A DNA stretch of 63,583 nucleotides, the filler included, from Octopus bimaculoides (lineage: Eukaryota): NCBI RefSeq assembly GCF_001194135.2. It is 7 parts of 7 records of this genome, joined end to end, with 100 filler letters (N's around TTAATTAATTAA, not from the genome) between each part and the next. Parts side by side here need not be neighbours in the genome. Positions count along the whole stretch, not along the records: positions 1 to 14,258 come from NW_026312090.1; positions 14,359 to 19,659 come from NC_068991.1; positions 19,760 to 42,963 come from NC_068989.1; 4 more parts are not named here. One strand, 5' to 3'. Below the pieces are notes generated by a model. It was not told the origin of the DNA. It worked only from the letters and a program-made list of their open reading frames with translations, and ran no database searches. A program made the position numbers and the translations under genes. This document shows positions 12,995 to 25,509 of the stretch, in pieces. Within the stretch, counting starts at the first letter, position 1; every line of letters begins with the position of its first letter.

Positions 12995-14359
12995 ACACAT
13001 ATATATATCATTGCTATTTTCAGAAAACGTTGCTTTTTTCAGAAAACTGCAAAAATAGTTTCAACGTTCCATAGCAAAACCGTTTTACTATACTTTGACA
13101 ATTCTTCATATCTTGGCATCTGAAGCAGCTGGAGATACGATAGTTTGGCCAAAAGAATTGGCTATTGAAATNNNNNNNNNNNNNNNNNNNNNNNNNNNNN
13201 NNNNNNNNNNNNNNNNNNNNNNNNNNNNNNNNNNNNNNNNNNNNNNNNNNNNNNNNNNNNNNNNNNNNNNNNNNNNNNNNNNNNNNNNNNNNNNNNNNNN
13301 NNNNNNNNNNNNNNNNNNNNNNNNNNNNNNNNNNNNNNNNNNNNNNNNNNNNNNNNNNNNNNNNNNNNNNNNNNNNNNNNNNNNNNNNNNNNNNNNNNNN
13401 NNNNNNNNNNNNNNNNNNAGAAAGAACAAAAAATGTGTCTCTCTCATTAAGCTTTCGTTAATTAGTGTCTTTATAATATCTTTTGTTGACAATTAATGAG
13501 GTAAACTCAATTAGAGATGCAGATTCCATCACCTGTTTGAAACCTGTAAAAATTACCAATTACCCATTCATTTCAACTTGTTTTTCTACATGTGAAAATA
13601 TCGTGCATACAAACATAATGGCTAACAAAAAACCAGCAATAGATGTAGGTTATTTCTGGTCTCTCTCTGTGTCTCACATGCCCCTTTTCTTGTTCTTCCC
13701 TTTGGCAAGGTAACCTCGTATTTCCATTACAACAACACCTGTTTCTGTTCTCTTTCTCGTTAACTCTCTCTCCCTCTCTCTCTGACCAGGTAACCATGTC
13801 ACTCCTCTACAGTAAGACACCTGTTTCTGTCTCTCTCTGTCTCACTATAACCGTACATCGTCTGACACAAGATCCCCTCCTCCAAACAGCTCTGGTCTTG
13901 CAAAGTTTCTGGTGACCCAACCAATGCTGGTGCCACGTAAAAAGCATCCGTTCCACATTGTAAAGTGGTTGGCGTTTGGAAAGCTATCTAGCTATCAAAA
14001 AACCAAGCTAAAACTCACCCTACCTGTGCTGGTGCCACGTAAAAAGCACCCAGTCCACTCTGTGGCGTGGTTGGTGCTACAAAGGGCATCTAGCTGTAAA
14101 AAACCCTGCCAAAACTGACCTCACCTGCATTTAGCCCACTATGCAAGGTGGTTGGTGTTAGGAAGGGTATTCAGGCCTTGTTTTGCCCGAGGCTACAGTA
14201 GAAGACATGCAGTGGGAGTGAACCTGGAACCATGTGGTTGGTAAGCAAGCTACTTACCNNNNNNNNNNNNNNNNNNNNNNNNNNNNNNNNNNNNNNNNNN
14301 NNTTAATTAATTAANNNNNNNNNNNNNNNNNNNNNNNNNNNNNNNNNNNNNNNNNNNNG

Positions 14360-15090
14360 TTCAAAGAATCGTTGCTGTTTTTCATAACGACCGATTCTCT
14401 GCGAGTTAGCAAGGATATCTTATTTCAGGTGTTATTTCATTTCAGCTACTTCCTCTTTTTGTTATGTTTATATTTCTCTTGCATTTCTCTTCCCATTTTT
14501 TTTTTTAAATGAAGGCATATTGATTTAATCAACGATTTCGAGAACTTTTCTCTTATTTTCTCTTCCTGGGGCATTTCCATTTCGCAGCCTTTCTTTTTTT
14601 TTTACCACAAATTTAGTAAAACTTTGTAATCTGTGGTGTATGTTTTACTGCTAAATGTTCGTTAAAATATTCGGTCCTCATCGTATTCATTTATGATGTA
14701 TTTATGAATGAAGTACATCTTTCCTTCTTGATGTGGTTTTTCGGTGACCAAGTTTCTTTAGTAGATTCTTCAGTTTATATTTATTTCCTCTCCAAGAAAG
14801 TGGAATAGAATATCTGTATATTCTAGTGAGCATTTTTTCACAAGATATCGTCGGTGTACGGTAAATTTATTATTTCTCGGATACCATATGATTGTATCTA
14901 AATGTGCGACTCTGCAACAAGTTATTTTCCTGATATTTTCTTCAAATTTTGATAGCCACCTGCGCTGTATATGTTGGATTACAATATTATTGAAGGTATC
15001 TCCTAGGTGTTGCTTTAGGGCAGATATTTTTTTCAGCCACTATTCTATGCCATATCTGTGCGCCATTCATTACCAACAGATGTATTGCAA
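14360..15090 (-). mobile_element. Degraded R4/Dong-clade LINE, region upstream of RT
   Basis: EMK*HLK*DILANSQRIGRYEKQQRFF aligns with ETLKQKVQAKAQRKRSFEKRIRFY of the 57965 copy; many stops. Confidence 0.6.
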
Positions 15091-15822
15091 GTTTTAATAC
15101 GTGTTTAAAAAATGCTTGGACATTTGCAAAATATATCATTAATGCACTGCATCGATGCGTGTGATTTCTTTATGACAAAGTACAATGCATACAACCAACT
15201 CTGTTTTGAAATAATTCTGGCATATATTTTTTTCTTTATAAATAAAGCATTTAAGAAATGATGGCGCGCGGTGTGGTTTCATACTTTTAGCGTTTTAATC
15301 ATTATAATGTCGAATGAAAGAGGTTTAAGAATCGCTGTTTTAGTGCAGTAACTAAATATGGTGAGCTGTTGCTAGACTAATTTGTGTCGTTAGATGCTTC
15401 CCTACTGTCTTCTGCAATACCGTTCACAACTTCTAACAGGGAAGTATTGCTAGATCAATTTCTGTGATTACATGCTTCCATACTGCATCCGGCTTTATCA
15501 TTGACAATTTGTAATAGTATTTGGTGTTCTTCCAACTCTCGTCAAAAATGATCTGTTGTTTTTAAAACAGTTTTGAGAATCGAGAAAAATAAAATAAAAG
15601 AAACTAAAAAATCACTTCAAACTGAAATTGCAAATAATTTTTAAATTCTCTGTCGGATTGGTTCTATACAGAAAATATACGAGTGTTGAGTAATGGCGAT
15701 GACAGCTGCAATGAAGTCGTCGATTTGTTTGCATTTTATCTCTCTCTGTCTTTTTTTCTGGCAGCTTTTGACTAGATGTGGGGAGTATGGGTGGTGGTGG
15801 TGGTGGTGGTGGGGCGGCTTAC

Positions 15823-15955
15823 AGAAAATCAATTGACATTACAGGAATTGGAATAATAATTATAAATCTGCGTCAGCCATTTTGCAAATGAAGAAAGATG
15901 TCGGTTACTGAAGTTATTTTGAAGCAGCCAAGTGGAAGTCGTTTAAATTTAGGTG
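15823..15955. promoter_or_regulatory. Promoter/first-exon-like patch
   Basis: YY1-like GCCATTTT (~15877) and ETS-like GGAAGT (~15934). Minus-strand donor CT|gtaagc at 15822 and plus-strand ATG...AG|gtgag at 15898-15954. No transcript evidence. Confidence 0.25.
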
Positions 15956-16181
15956 AGATTTCGCCCCATTAATACTTTAACTCCTTTCATGGAATCTTGT
16001 GTTTCTTATGGGAGTGGGCGAGGGGGGGGGGAGTTTAATCCTTTGGTTAGTTTCAATCATTAGATCACAGCCATGCTGGAGCACCGCGTTGAAGGGTTTG
16101 ATCGAACAAATTCCACCTCACCGAACTCGGAATCATAGGGTAGCCCCGCGCTCTTAACCACTACGCCATATGCCCGTGGGC

Positions 16182-16261
<80 letters not shown>

Positions 16262-16270
<9 letters not shown>

Positions 16271-16680
16271 TCTGTTTTATTGGCCACAAGGGCTAATATA
16301 AATCAAAAATATGTAAGGACAAAGACAGGACGAAAAGTACAAAGGGGTTTTGTCCAAAACGAAAATGTCCGTGAAAACATTAAAATAATAACGAAAAATA
16401 TAACAAGTAAAACTCCCAATAGGGGGAGGCGCATCGAAAGGTTACTCGTGGAAAAACCCATAAAAGCCACGGGAGCCTCGTCAAAAGGGGGTAGAGAGCC
16501 CCTTCTCCTTTTATATTACCTTTTTTTTTTACAGGTGTAACCTCAGAATTGGTCCGTTCATACTGGCCATTTTACCGACAGTCACCCACCTTTCAATAAA
16601 TTTGCTACGAGACAACACTTCCCTCTCTACTCTCATCTTCCTTTTCAAGTGGAACTTGAAAAAGTGAATTAAAAAGAGAG
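16262..16680 (-). mobile_element. 3' end of an L1/Tx1-like LINE
   Basis: C-terminal ...REVLSRSKFIERWVTVGKMA...LHL*, then a 3'UTR ending ttagcccttgtggccaataaaacagaat and a (TAT)n tail. Confidence 0.6.
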
Positions 16681-16727
16681 AAACGACACGCGCGCGCGCA
16701 GGCAAGCATATATACATACATACATAC

Positions 16728-17000
16728 TAGTTCAGGTGTGTACCTGTAATTATTGGGGCCCTGGGATATGTAACACACTGCCTAAATACCAATCTTGAGA
16801 AATTAGGCTTCTCAAAACCAGAAAGGAGAAATGTAATTCGAAGACTACAGATCCACTCCATCACTGGAACTGTAAAAATCTGTAAAATTTTCCAGAAGTT
16901 TATCATTTAAATGTATATGAGCATGTCTAGACATGCAACTATATGCATGAGAATACATACATCAAGTAAAACATAGAAATCTGCACACATACATACATAC
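16728..17000 (+). mobile_element. R4/Dong-clade LINE 3' end
   Basis: VPVIIGALGYVTHCLNTNLEKLGFSKPERR...GTVKICKIFQKFII*, then a short 3'UTR and (TACA)n. Confidence 0.8.
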
Positions 17001-17331
17001 ATGCATGCATGCATATACAAGATATATACATCTGTTTATACATACACGCACGCACACAAACATATATATAGTTGTGTATGTATATGTGTGTGTGTGTTTA
17101 TAAGTACATATGTGTGTGTTTATTCATAGACAATGTGAAACGCATTGTGTGCGGGAAATGTTAGAGAACAGAATCGAGAGAAACGAAAGGTAATTTACAG
17201 CGAGTAGGGGAGGGAGGAAGGGCGAGACAGAGAGAGAGAGAGTGTGTGTGTGTGTGTGGGAGAAATATCTAAGAAAAGAAAAAGAGAGAGCGAGTAGAGA
17301 GAGAGCGAGTAGAGAGAGGGAGAGAGAGAAT

Positions 17332-17371
<40 letters not shown>

Positions 17372-18197
17372 NNNNNNNNNNNNNNNNNNNNNNNNNNNNN
17401 NNNNNNNNNNNNNNNNNNNNNNNNNNNNNNNNNNNNNNNNNNNNNNNNNNNNNNNNNNNNNNNNNNNNNNNNNNNNNNNNNNNNNNNNNNNNNNNNNNNN
17501 NNNNNNNNNNNNNNNNNNNNNNNNNNNNNNNNNNNNNNNNNNNNNNNNNNNNNNNNNNNNNNNNNNNNNNNNNNNNNNNNNNNNNNNNNNNNNNNNNNNN
17601 NNNNNNNNNNNNNNNNNNNNNNNNNNNNNNNNNNNNNNNNNNNNNNNNNNNNNNNNNNNNNNNNNNNNNNNNNNNNNNNNNNNNNNNNNNNNNNNNNNNN
17701 NNNNNNNNNNNNNNNNNNNNNNNNNNNNNNNNNNNNNNNNNNNNNNNNNNNNNNNNNNNNNNNNNNNNNNNNNNNNNNNNNNNNNNNNNNNNNNNNNNNN
17801 NNNNNNNNNNNNNNNNNNNNNNNNNNNNNNNNNNNNNNNNNNNNNNNNNNNNNNNNNNNNNNNNNNNNNNNNNNNNNNNNNNNNNNNNNNNNNNNNNNNN
17901 NNNNNNNNNNNNNNNNNNNNNNNNNNNNNNNNNNNNNNNNNNNNNNNNNNNNNNNNNNNNNNNNNNNNNNNNNNNNNNNNNNNNNNNNNNNNNNNNNNNN
18001 NNNNNNNNNNNNNNNNNNNNNNNNNNNNNNNNNNNNNNNNTATATATATATATATATACACATACATATATAGTGTGTTCGTACCTATGTGTAATTTGTA
18101 TGCGTGTAATATAAATATTTGCATACATATATATACATTAATACATACATACATATATATATATATGTACATACATACACACACACCCACACACATA

Positions 18198-18233
<36 letters not shown>

Positions 18234-18865
18234 TGCATGTATGTATGTATATAGTTTTATGAAACACGCACCTACGCACACCTTACTACGTATATGTGAA
18301 TTTGTGTGTATATTGTATACTTATATGTTGCACATACTTTTGTATTTATACGCATTTGGTTGTATGGGGGTGTATACATATGGTTTGAGTGTGAGTATAT
18401 GTGCACGCGCGCGTGTACATGTACATATATCTACACACACACATGCACACGTATATATATACGTAAACAAACTAACATTTGCTTTTTTTGGGGGTTTTTT
18501 CATAAGCGCCGAAATGTGTATATATGAACACAAATAAGCTGATTTATTTCCGAACGCAGAGATGCCATAAGAATTGTGGAAATATTAGGTATATTACCCT
18601 TACAAAGCGGGAAAATTTGTCAGCGAATATATATATACGAAGGGGTGCCGCGAAAGACCTGGCTGGAGGCCCAATCTTCCAACTTCTTTTACATGGCTTA
18701 GAAAAACTGAGGGACCGCTGCAATAAGTGTGCGAATCTGAGAGGAGAATATGTTGAATAAAGATATATTCGACGAACCGATCCTCCTGTATTTTCTTTTA
18801 CCCAAAGTCAGGAACTTCATGTGTGTGTGTGTGTGTATGTGTGTGTGTGTATGTGTGTGTATGCC

Positions 18866-19021
18866 TTGTTTCTCTACTTGTTTCTTTCTGTGTTCCTTTC
18901 TGTTGAAGAGCGTAGGCTCGAAACGTTAAAGACTTTCTCTATTCCCGAGCGTTATACTAATACATCTGTTTGTTTTCTACACCACCTGTCTTCGTCTGTT
19001 GTTTTTTTCGGGAATTCTCCC

Positions 19022-19022
<1 letters not shown>
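18866..19022 (+). mobile_element. ~155-bp interspersed repeat with a Penelope-type minimal-hammerhead-like motif; copies at 29036-29185 (+) and 42037-42185 (-)
   Basis: Three near-identical copies containing ctttCTGTTGAaGAGCgtagGCTCGAAACGTTaaag, each embedded in TA/TG microsatellites. Confidence 0.6.
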
Positions 19023-19071
<49 letters not shown>

Positions 19072-19138
19072 CACACACACACACAGACATGCTTATAGAT
19101 GTATTACGTAAGTAAATATTTATATTGATGGATATCTG

Positions 19139-19623
19139 ATTAACCTTGATTACCGAAGATTTTTTAGGATTTTTTGAAATATATTGAGTTAAGAAATGGA
19201 ATTAAGGAATAAAAGGTTAAACCAATGTTCCTTTTTTTTTCTATTTAAATCTTCATTTTTTTTTATGTATGTCGTATATGTTTACAATATAGTTGCTAGT
19301 TTTACATCTCATGTACGAAATGTATATATATATTTACGGTAAATGTGAAGCCTGACAAGTTTTATTTTACATAACAGGTAATCGTTTATAAAACATTTTA
19401 ATGTTTACGTTCTTGTACAATTCTGCAACACGTAATCATTGATGTCAATGTCTGATCGTAAAGAGCATCACGTCCCAGCTTCCAGTGACGGCATTTCAGC
19501 TGACGATGACGAAATCAAGGTAGACAACAGCGTAATCGAGACTGAAGATAACGAAATCTAGGCTGCCGATTATGAATTTGACGTTGACGCCGACAAAATT
19601 GACGATGACATTAGATGTGGAAG

Positions 19624-19625
<2 letters not shown>
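19139..19625 (+). mobile_element. Possible piggyBac 5' end with an acidic N-terminal ORF remnant
   Basis: TTAA-CC start; MSDRKEHHVPASSDGISADDDEIK...EI*AADYEFDVDADKIDDD from 19448; truncated by (TA)n and a gap. Confidence 0.25.
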
Positions 19626-19659
<34 letters not shown>

Positions 19660-19759
19660 NNNNNNNNNNNNNNNNNNNNNNNNNNNNNNNNNNNNNNNNN
19701 NNNTTAATTAATTAANNNNNNNNNNNNNNNNNNNNNNNNNNNNNNNNNNNNNNNNNNNN

Positions 19760-19796
<37 letters not shown>

Positions 19797-21051
19797 ACAC
19801 ACACACACGCACACACACATATTCAAGCACACACGAGAGATGTTGAAAAGATCCTCGTTTGGGTTAAAAGAAAATACAGGAAATCAGTTAATTATGATTT
19901 TATTCAAGATATTCTCAGATTCACGCATTTATTGCAGCGTTCTTTGAGTTTTTCTAAATCCTGTAAAAGAACTCAGAAGGTTGGGCATCTAACAAAGTAT
20001 TTCGTGATCACCTTAAAGCCAGGAACTTTTCAGCACCCACTCGTATATGTTTAGAGTTTGCTTTATAAAGCCCGTAGGTGAATTCTATACATGAATCTGA
20101 AGAGTCAATATTTTCAGTTTTCAGATATCGCATATTATATAATAATATTACAGGACTTCTGTAATACATACATACATGCATGCATACATACATGCATGCA
20201 TGCATGCATACATACAAATGGTTGTGGTGCTTGTGCCTGGTGTAACTTCATCAGACGGGTAGGCATGATGGGTATAATGGGTTCATATATTTTACTCCGG
20301 TGAGACTTTGATGGCATGCACTGCTCAATAATAATAATAATAATAATAATAACAACAATAATAATAATATATACATATGTGTGTGTGAGTGTGTCTGTTT
20401 GTTCACCACTACCGCTTGACAACCGGCGTTGGTGTGTTTTTCCCCCGTAACTTAGCGCCCCGGCAAAAGTACTAGGGTTACAGAAAAAATATTAAGCACT
20501 GGGGTTGATTCGACTAAAAATCAATTCTTCATGGAGGTGACCAGTATGGCTGTAGTGTCATTGAAATGAGGAGTAGATAGACAGCAGACAACTGATGAAG
20601 GATCTTTCTTTATGTTATTTGTCCTGTTTTCCATTTGTTCCTCTCGTTGTTTGCGTATTGAACACGTTTGTTTTTGTATTTTATGTTGTTTACTTTTGGT
20701 AACGTCCTGTACCCATAAATGCATATATATATATATANNNNNNNNNNNNNNNNNNNNNNNNNNNNNNNNNNNNNNNNNNNNNNNNNNNNNNNNNNNNNNN
20801 NNNNNNNNNNNNNNNNNNNNNNNNNNNNNNNNNNNNNNNNNNNNNNNNNNNNNNNNNNNNNNNNNNNNNNNNNNNNNNNNNNNNNNNNNNNNNNNNNNNN
20901 NNNNNNNNNNNNNNNNNNNNNNNNNNNNNNNNNNNNNNNNNNNNNNNNNNNNNNNNNNNNNNNNNNNNNNNTATATATATATATATATATATATTATTGA
21001 ATTGCATTATCATATTCTGCGTGAAATTAAATTATATAATTATTTACTCAC

Positions 21052-21209
21052 TGATAATTCCCCTCCTTCTTCACAGTCAATATTAAAATCAAGAAATTCC
21101 AGTTCTACTCTTTTGTCGTGGCCTCCTATTAAGTAAAATGCACAGGGTGGGGCAAATTCATCTGCAATATACCAGTAGTCTCCAGGTATGCTTTTCAGCT
21201 GGTTGCAAT
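21052..21209 (-). CDS. CRHBP: CRF-binding protein-like internal exon (158 bp): (x)CNQLKSIPGDYWYIADEFAPPCAFYLIGGHDKRVELEFLDFNIDCEEGGELS
   Basis: ttctttttcag acceptor, open frame of 2 nt + 52 codons, TCA|gtgagt donor. Aligns by eye with human CRHBP CLDMLSLQGQFTFTADRPQLHCAAFFISEPEEFITIHYDQVSIDCQGGDFLK, with three Cys at equivalent positions. Not in the ORF track because it has no start codon. Confidence 0.88.
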
Positions 21210-21273
21210 CTGAAAAAGAAATGGAAAGGAATCATAATTAGAGGCAATGAGATATTCGCTTTTTATTTGAATA

Positions 21274-21492
21274 CGAGGGGGTGATGAAAATTTCCCGGCC
21301 TTAAGGTTACCACGAAAACCCTGGTTGGAAGCCCAGCCTTCCGAGTTCTTTAACAGGCTTTAGAAAAAGTGAAGGACCGCTGCAATAGGTGTGTGAATCT
21401 CAGAGGTGAATATATTGAATAAAATCATAATTAACTGTTCCTCCTGTATTTAATTTTATCTGCAACCCAGGAACTTTTAAGCATTCCGCGTG
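21274..21492 (+). mobile_element. Mariner-derived MITE; other copies at 18636-18820 (+) and 19862-20045 (-)
   Basis: TA-cgagggggtgatgaaaatttcc TIR; the interior retains the mariner C-terminus (GLEKLRDRCNKCANLRGEYVE in the 18.7-kb copy). Confidence 0.75.
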
Positions 21493-21777
21493 TATATATT
21501 TGACATTTTAAAATCACTGTTTTAATAAATGTAGCAGTGGTCCTCAATATGGGTAAGATACTTAATGTACTGCGTGTATTAACACTACCACCTAGGTGTT
21601 GTATACGTTTATCGGAGCAACATTCAACTAAAAGCATTCAGATCCAGCTAGTTATCTTCCCGTTCATGCTTTTCCACTTGACGATTAGCAGTCAAGTATT
21701 CAAGCTGGATATCGTCATATATAAATCATACGATTTAGAAGGTTCTGAAACGTTTTGAGGCATTAACTATGCTCATT

Positions 21778-21917
21778 ATTTACATTATTTACATTTGACG
21801 GATATTTGTCGTCATCTTGATTGTTGTTAACACAGCGTTTCGGTTGATTTACCCTCCGTCAAATGTAAATAATATAAATAATGTACATAATTCATCATCT
21901 CTTAAATATACAACTGT
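21778..21917. mobile_element. 140-bp insertion with an internal 19-bp perfect inverted repeat, probably Penelope-terminal-repeat derived
   Basis: 16-bp flanking direct repeat attaactatgctcatt (21762-21777, 21918-21933); inverted repeat at 21784-21802 / 21855-21873. Confidence 0.5.
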
Positions 21918-22805
21918 ATTAACTATGCTCATTTTACTAATTCATTAAAAATAAAACTACATCTCATATTACTTATAAGTAAGTTAATAAAATGTTACTT
22001 GACCTACATCAAAAGGAAAACAAAGTTCTCTCTGTGAATGAGGAAACAATAGATTGGATACTGGAGGCTTAAAAAGTATGGTGGTCATGGCTGCTATATA
22101 TTTCATCACGAGTCTGCTTAAGTTTATCCTAGTTACCCAGCAGCAGCAGCAGCAACAACAACAACAATAACAAAAACAACAACAACGTATCTTTTATCTC
22201 TTCCTTGTTTCAGTCATTAGACTGGGGTATCACCTTGAAGAATATTTGTTTTAGTCGAATGGATTGACTCTAGTACTAATTTTCTTTTTAAAGCTTGGTA
22301 CTTATTCTATCAGTCTTTTTAGTCGACCCGCTAAATTACGGGGCGCAAGCAAACCAACACCGGTTGTCAATCGGTAGTAGGGGACAAACAAAGTAACAAA
22401 GCATACACACAAACATACGTACAGCTGGCTTCTTTAGTTTCCGCCTAAAAATTCCACTCACAAGGTTTTAGTCAGTCCAAGGTTATATACTAGAAGACAT
22501 AACATATGGTTGGGAAGCAAACTTCTAACCACACAGCAACGCCTGCGCCTATACATGCATAGATACATGCATACACACATACATACAAAATACATGCATA
22601 CAAACATATATACATACATGCATACAAACATATATACATACATGCATACAAACATACATACATACATACATATATACATACATACATACATTCATATATA
22701 CATACATACATACATACATACATACATACATAATACATACATACAAACATATATACATACATGCATACAAACATACATACATACATATATACATACATAC
22801 ATACA

Positions 22806-22839
<34 letters not shown>

Positions 22840-22849
22840 CTCATAATAA

Positions 22850-23225
22850 TAAGGAATACTGGTGGAATGTACCAGTGAAGACTTCAATAAAACGTAAGCA
22901 CAACAGACTTGATATAATGATTTGGAATAGAGAAGAGAAACCGTGCACAGTTGTGGAAATTTGCTGCCCAGCGGATGTTAACGTAAAGCTGAAGGTCAGT
23001 GAAAAAGAGAACACCTATGCTGTACTATTGAGAAATCTACAGTTACTCTATCTAGATTATAAGTTCAGCTTTATACCTGTAATTATTGGGGCCCTGGGAT
23101 ATGTAACACACTGCCTAAATACCAATCTTTAGAAATTAGGCTTCTAAAAACCCAGAAAGGAGGAAGCTAATTTGAGGATTACAAATCCAATCCATCATTG
23201 GAGCTCTAAAAATCTGTAAAACCCA
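22850..23225 (+). mobile_element. R4/Dong-clade LINE restriction-like endonuclease fragment
   Basis: HNRLDIMIWNREEKPCTVVEICCPADVNVKLKVSEKENTY...YKFSFIPVIIGALG (PD-(D/E)xK-type RLE). Nearly identical to the 16728 copy where they overlap. Confidence 0.85.
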
Positions 23226-24039
23226 GGCATTGAAAATCCCTCAGTAGGATGACTTGATCAGAATTGGGGATTTTCCTTAAGTATGGCTCTCAGCTGGGTA
23301 TAAAAAATAGTCTTATCTTCATCACAACTAGTCAAAGTAAATACATAGGTACTTATTAGAGTAGCAAACCGCCCACGTTAGAGGTGCAATTGTACAGTCA
23401 TTAGATGTGCATTTATAGGCACATAATACGTACTTACATACATACATAAATACATACATACATACATGTACACACACATACATATATGTACATACAAACA
23501 TGCACACACATATGTACAATCAACAAATGAGATTCANNNNNNNNNNCATATATGTTTGTGTGTGTACATATAAACACACACAAGTATGCGTATAGACACT
23601 TATATGTACTGGTTCACACACTCTCTCGTACAGACAAAACGCAGTGTATACAATCACATTCTCACAGAAAAAGAAATTTGTGTTAAGAAGAAATGTGTTT
23701 GGAAAAATGACACATCCATATCTCTGAATACTAATTTCAAACGAAATATATAAATTAGCTTGTAAGATTACAATCGCATAATCAAATTACATGTAAACTA
23801 GATCAGATGTAGTAATATTCGTTCCTTGCAAAAATGTAGCGTAAATTTAATATGCAGCCTGAGGATATATACAGAGGAAGACTAAGCACGTTCTAGCTTG
23901 CAGCAAGATATTGTGGGATCATTGTAGAGCAATCATTCGCAACCCACTCTTTGTGATTTACTTCTTCAGGTTCACCTAGTTTGTCACTTATTCTTTAACT
24001 CCCATGCAATGTTACAAGCTACAATTGTATATCTGCCTA

Positions 24040-24127
<88 letters not shown>

Positions 24128-25277
24128 TATCTATAAATATATACATATAAGTCCATTTGGCTTTTAACTAACATGACGCCCTTGGCGTTATATTATCTAA
24201 GAGGAAGACCCAAGTTGTAAAAGATGGAGACATAAGTTGTTAAAAAATTTTAAATAAACTTGTGGAGTATATAATAATGTGTAATGGGAAATGATTTATT
24301 TAACTCTTGACATGTGAATGTTTACCTTTACATGATAAATTTCAGATTGGTTACGAACAGCTGCATATATAATTCCTTACTTCAGTGCAACTTTCTTCAC
24401 AATAGAACGTTTTTTATACAGTAAATGTTATCAAAGAAATATCGTTTACTGTAAAATATTTCAACCAATGATAATAGCAATGACGGAAACTGCTATAAAT
24501 GCCTTGCCGTGAACTCATTTACATCCAGGTATACTCAACATACGAACACAATCAAACAAGTCAAAAAGGTTTTCACCACCACTTTCGAAATAAATCTGGA
24601 GTTTAAGAGACAAAGTTATTTATAACTACAAAATTATATGGTCTGATATAGAAACCACTCCCGGTAACATTAATCGCAACAAGTATTATCCCTACTTGGC
24701 CAAAAATTCAACACAGCAGGAATTTTTAATCTATTAAATTCTAAATCAGAGTTAACATCTACGTATCAACATCAAAGGAAGTTTTTTTTCTATGATTCTT
24801 CAAACTGTCGACCAGATCACGCGCTGCTTGCTCTTAATATTTTCGGAATCATTCGCATGTCTAAGTGATATCTTTCAGTTTCTAATGTTTTCATGTCTTT
24901 GACTTCTCTTCTCTACTCGTACAAAACAGAACGTCCTTTACATATGCTCAAAGCAGACTCTTACTTTTGAATGTTTAATATACGCCAGAATATTTACTTG
25001 CACTCACTATATGTTTTTCTTTATATTATCGCTTATAAACAATCATAATACTCTATAATATTTTTACATAGCATCATTGAACTTCATAGGATATATGTAA
25101 CACGACCATGTTTTAAAATCTAAATTTCGTTAGATGTATACTTTTTATTTTTATATATGCAGATGCACACGCTCTTTGTGTCTCACACGCAGATGTACAT
25201 ATATCTAAGAATGTGCATGTATGTATGTATGTATGTATGTATGTATGTATGTATGTATCTATCTATCTATCTATCTA

Positions 25278-25359
<82 letters not shown>

Positions 25360-25509
25360 AGCTTAAAAGCCGTTCCATCGGGCGGCTTTTAAACTAATAT
25401 ATAGCATTTAAGCAAGTGACATGGAATGGGAAGATCTGCGAACAAATCTCTGTCATGTTTTGCAGAATGTGTTGCAATTGCTTCCTCCAGGGTCATATCC
25501 CAATGATGA

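Noticed and set aside
14303-14314. ttaattaattaa inside N runs (also ~19704, 43008, 55904, 58378, 60639)
   Set aside because: Identical 12-mer centred in ~100-bp N blocks with stops in all six frames: a scaffolding spacer, not biology.
24369-24436. 68-bp segment with good AG and GT signals upstream of the CRHBP exon
   Set aside because: Stops in all three frames.
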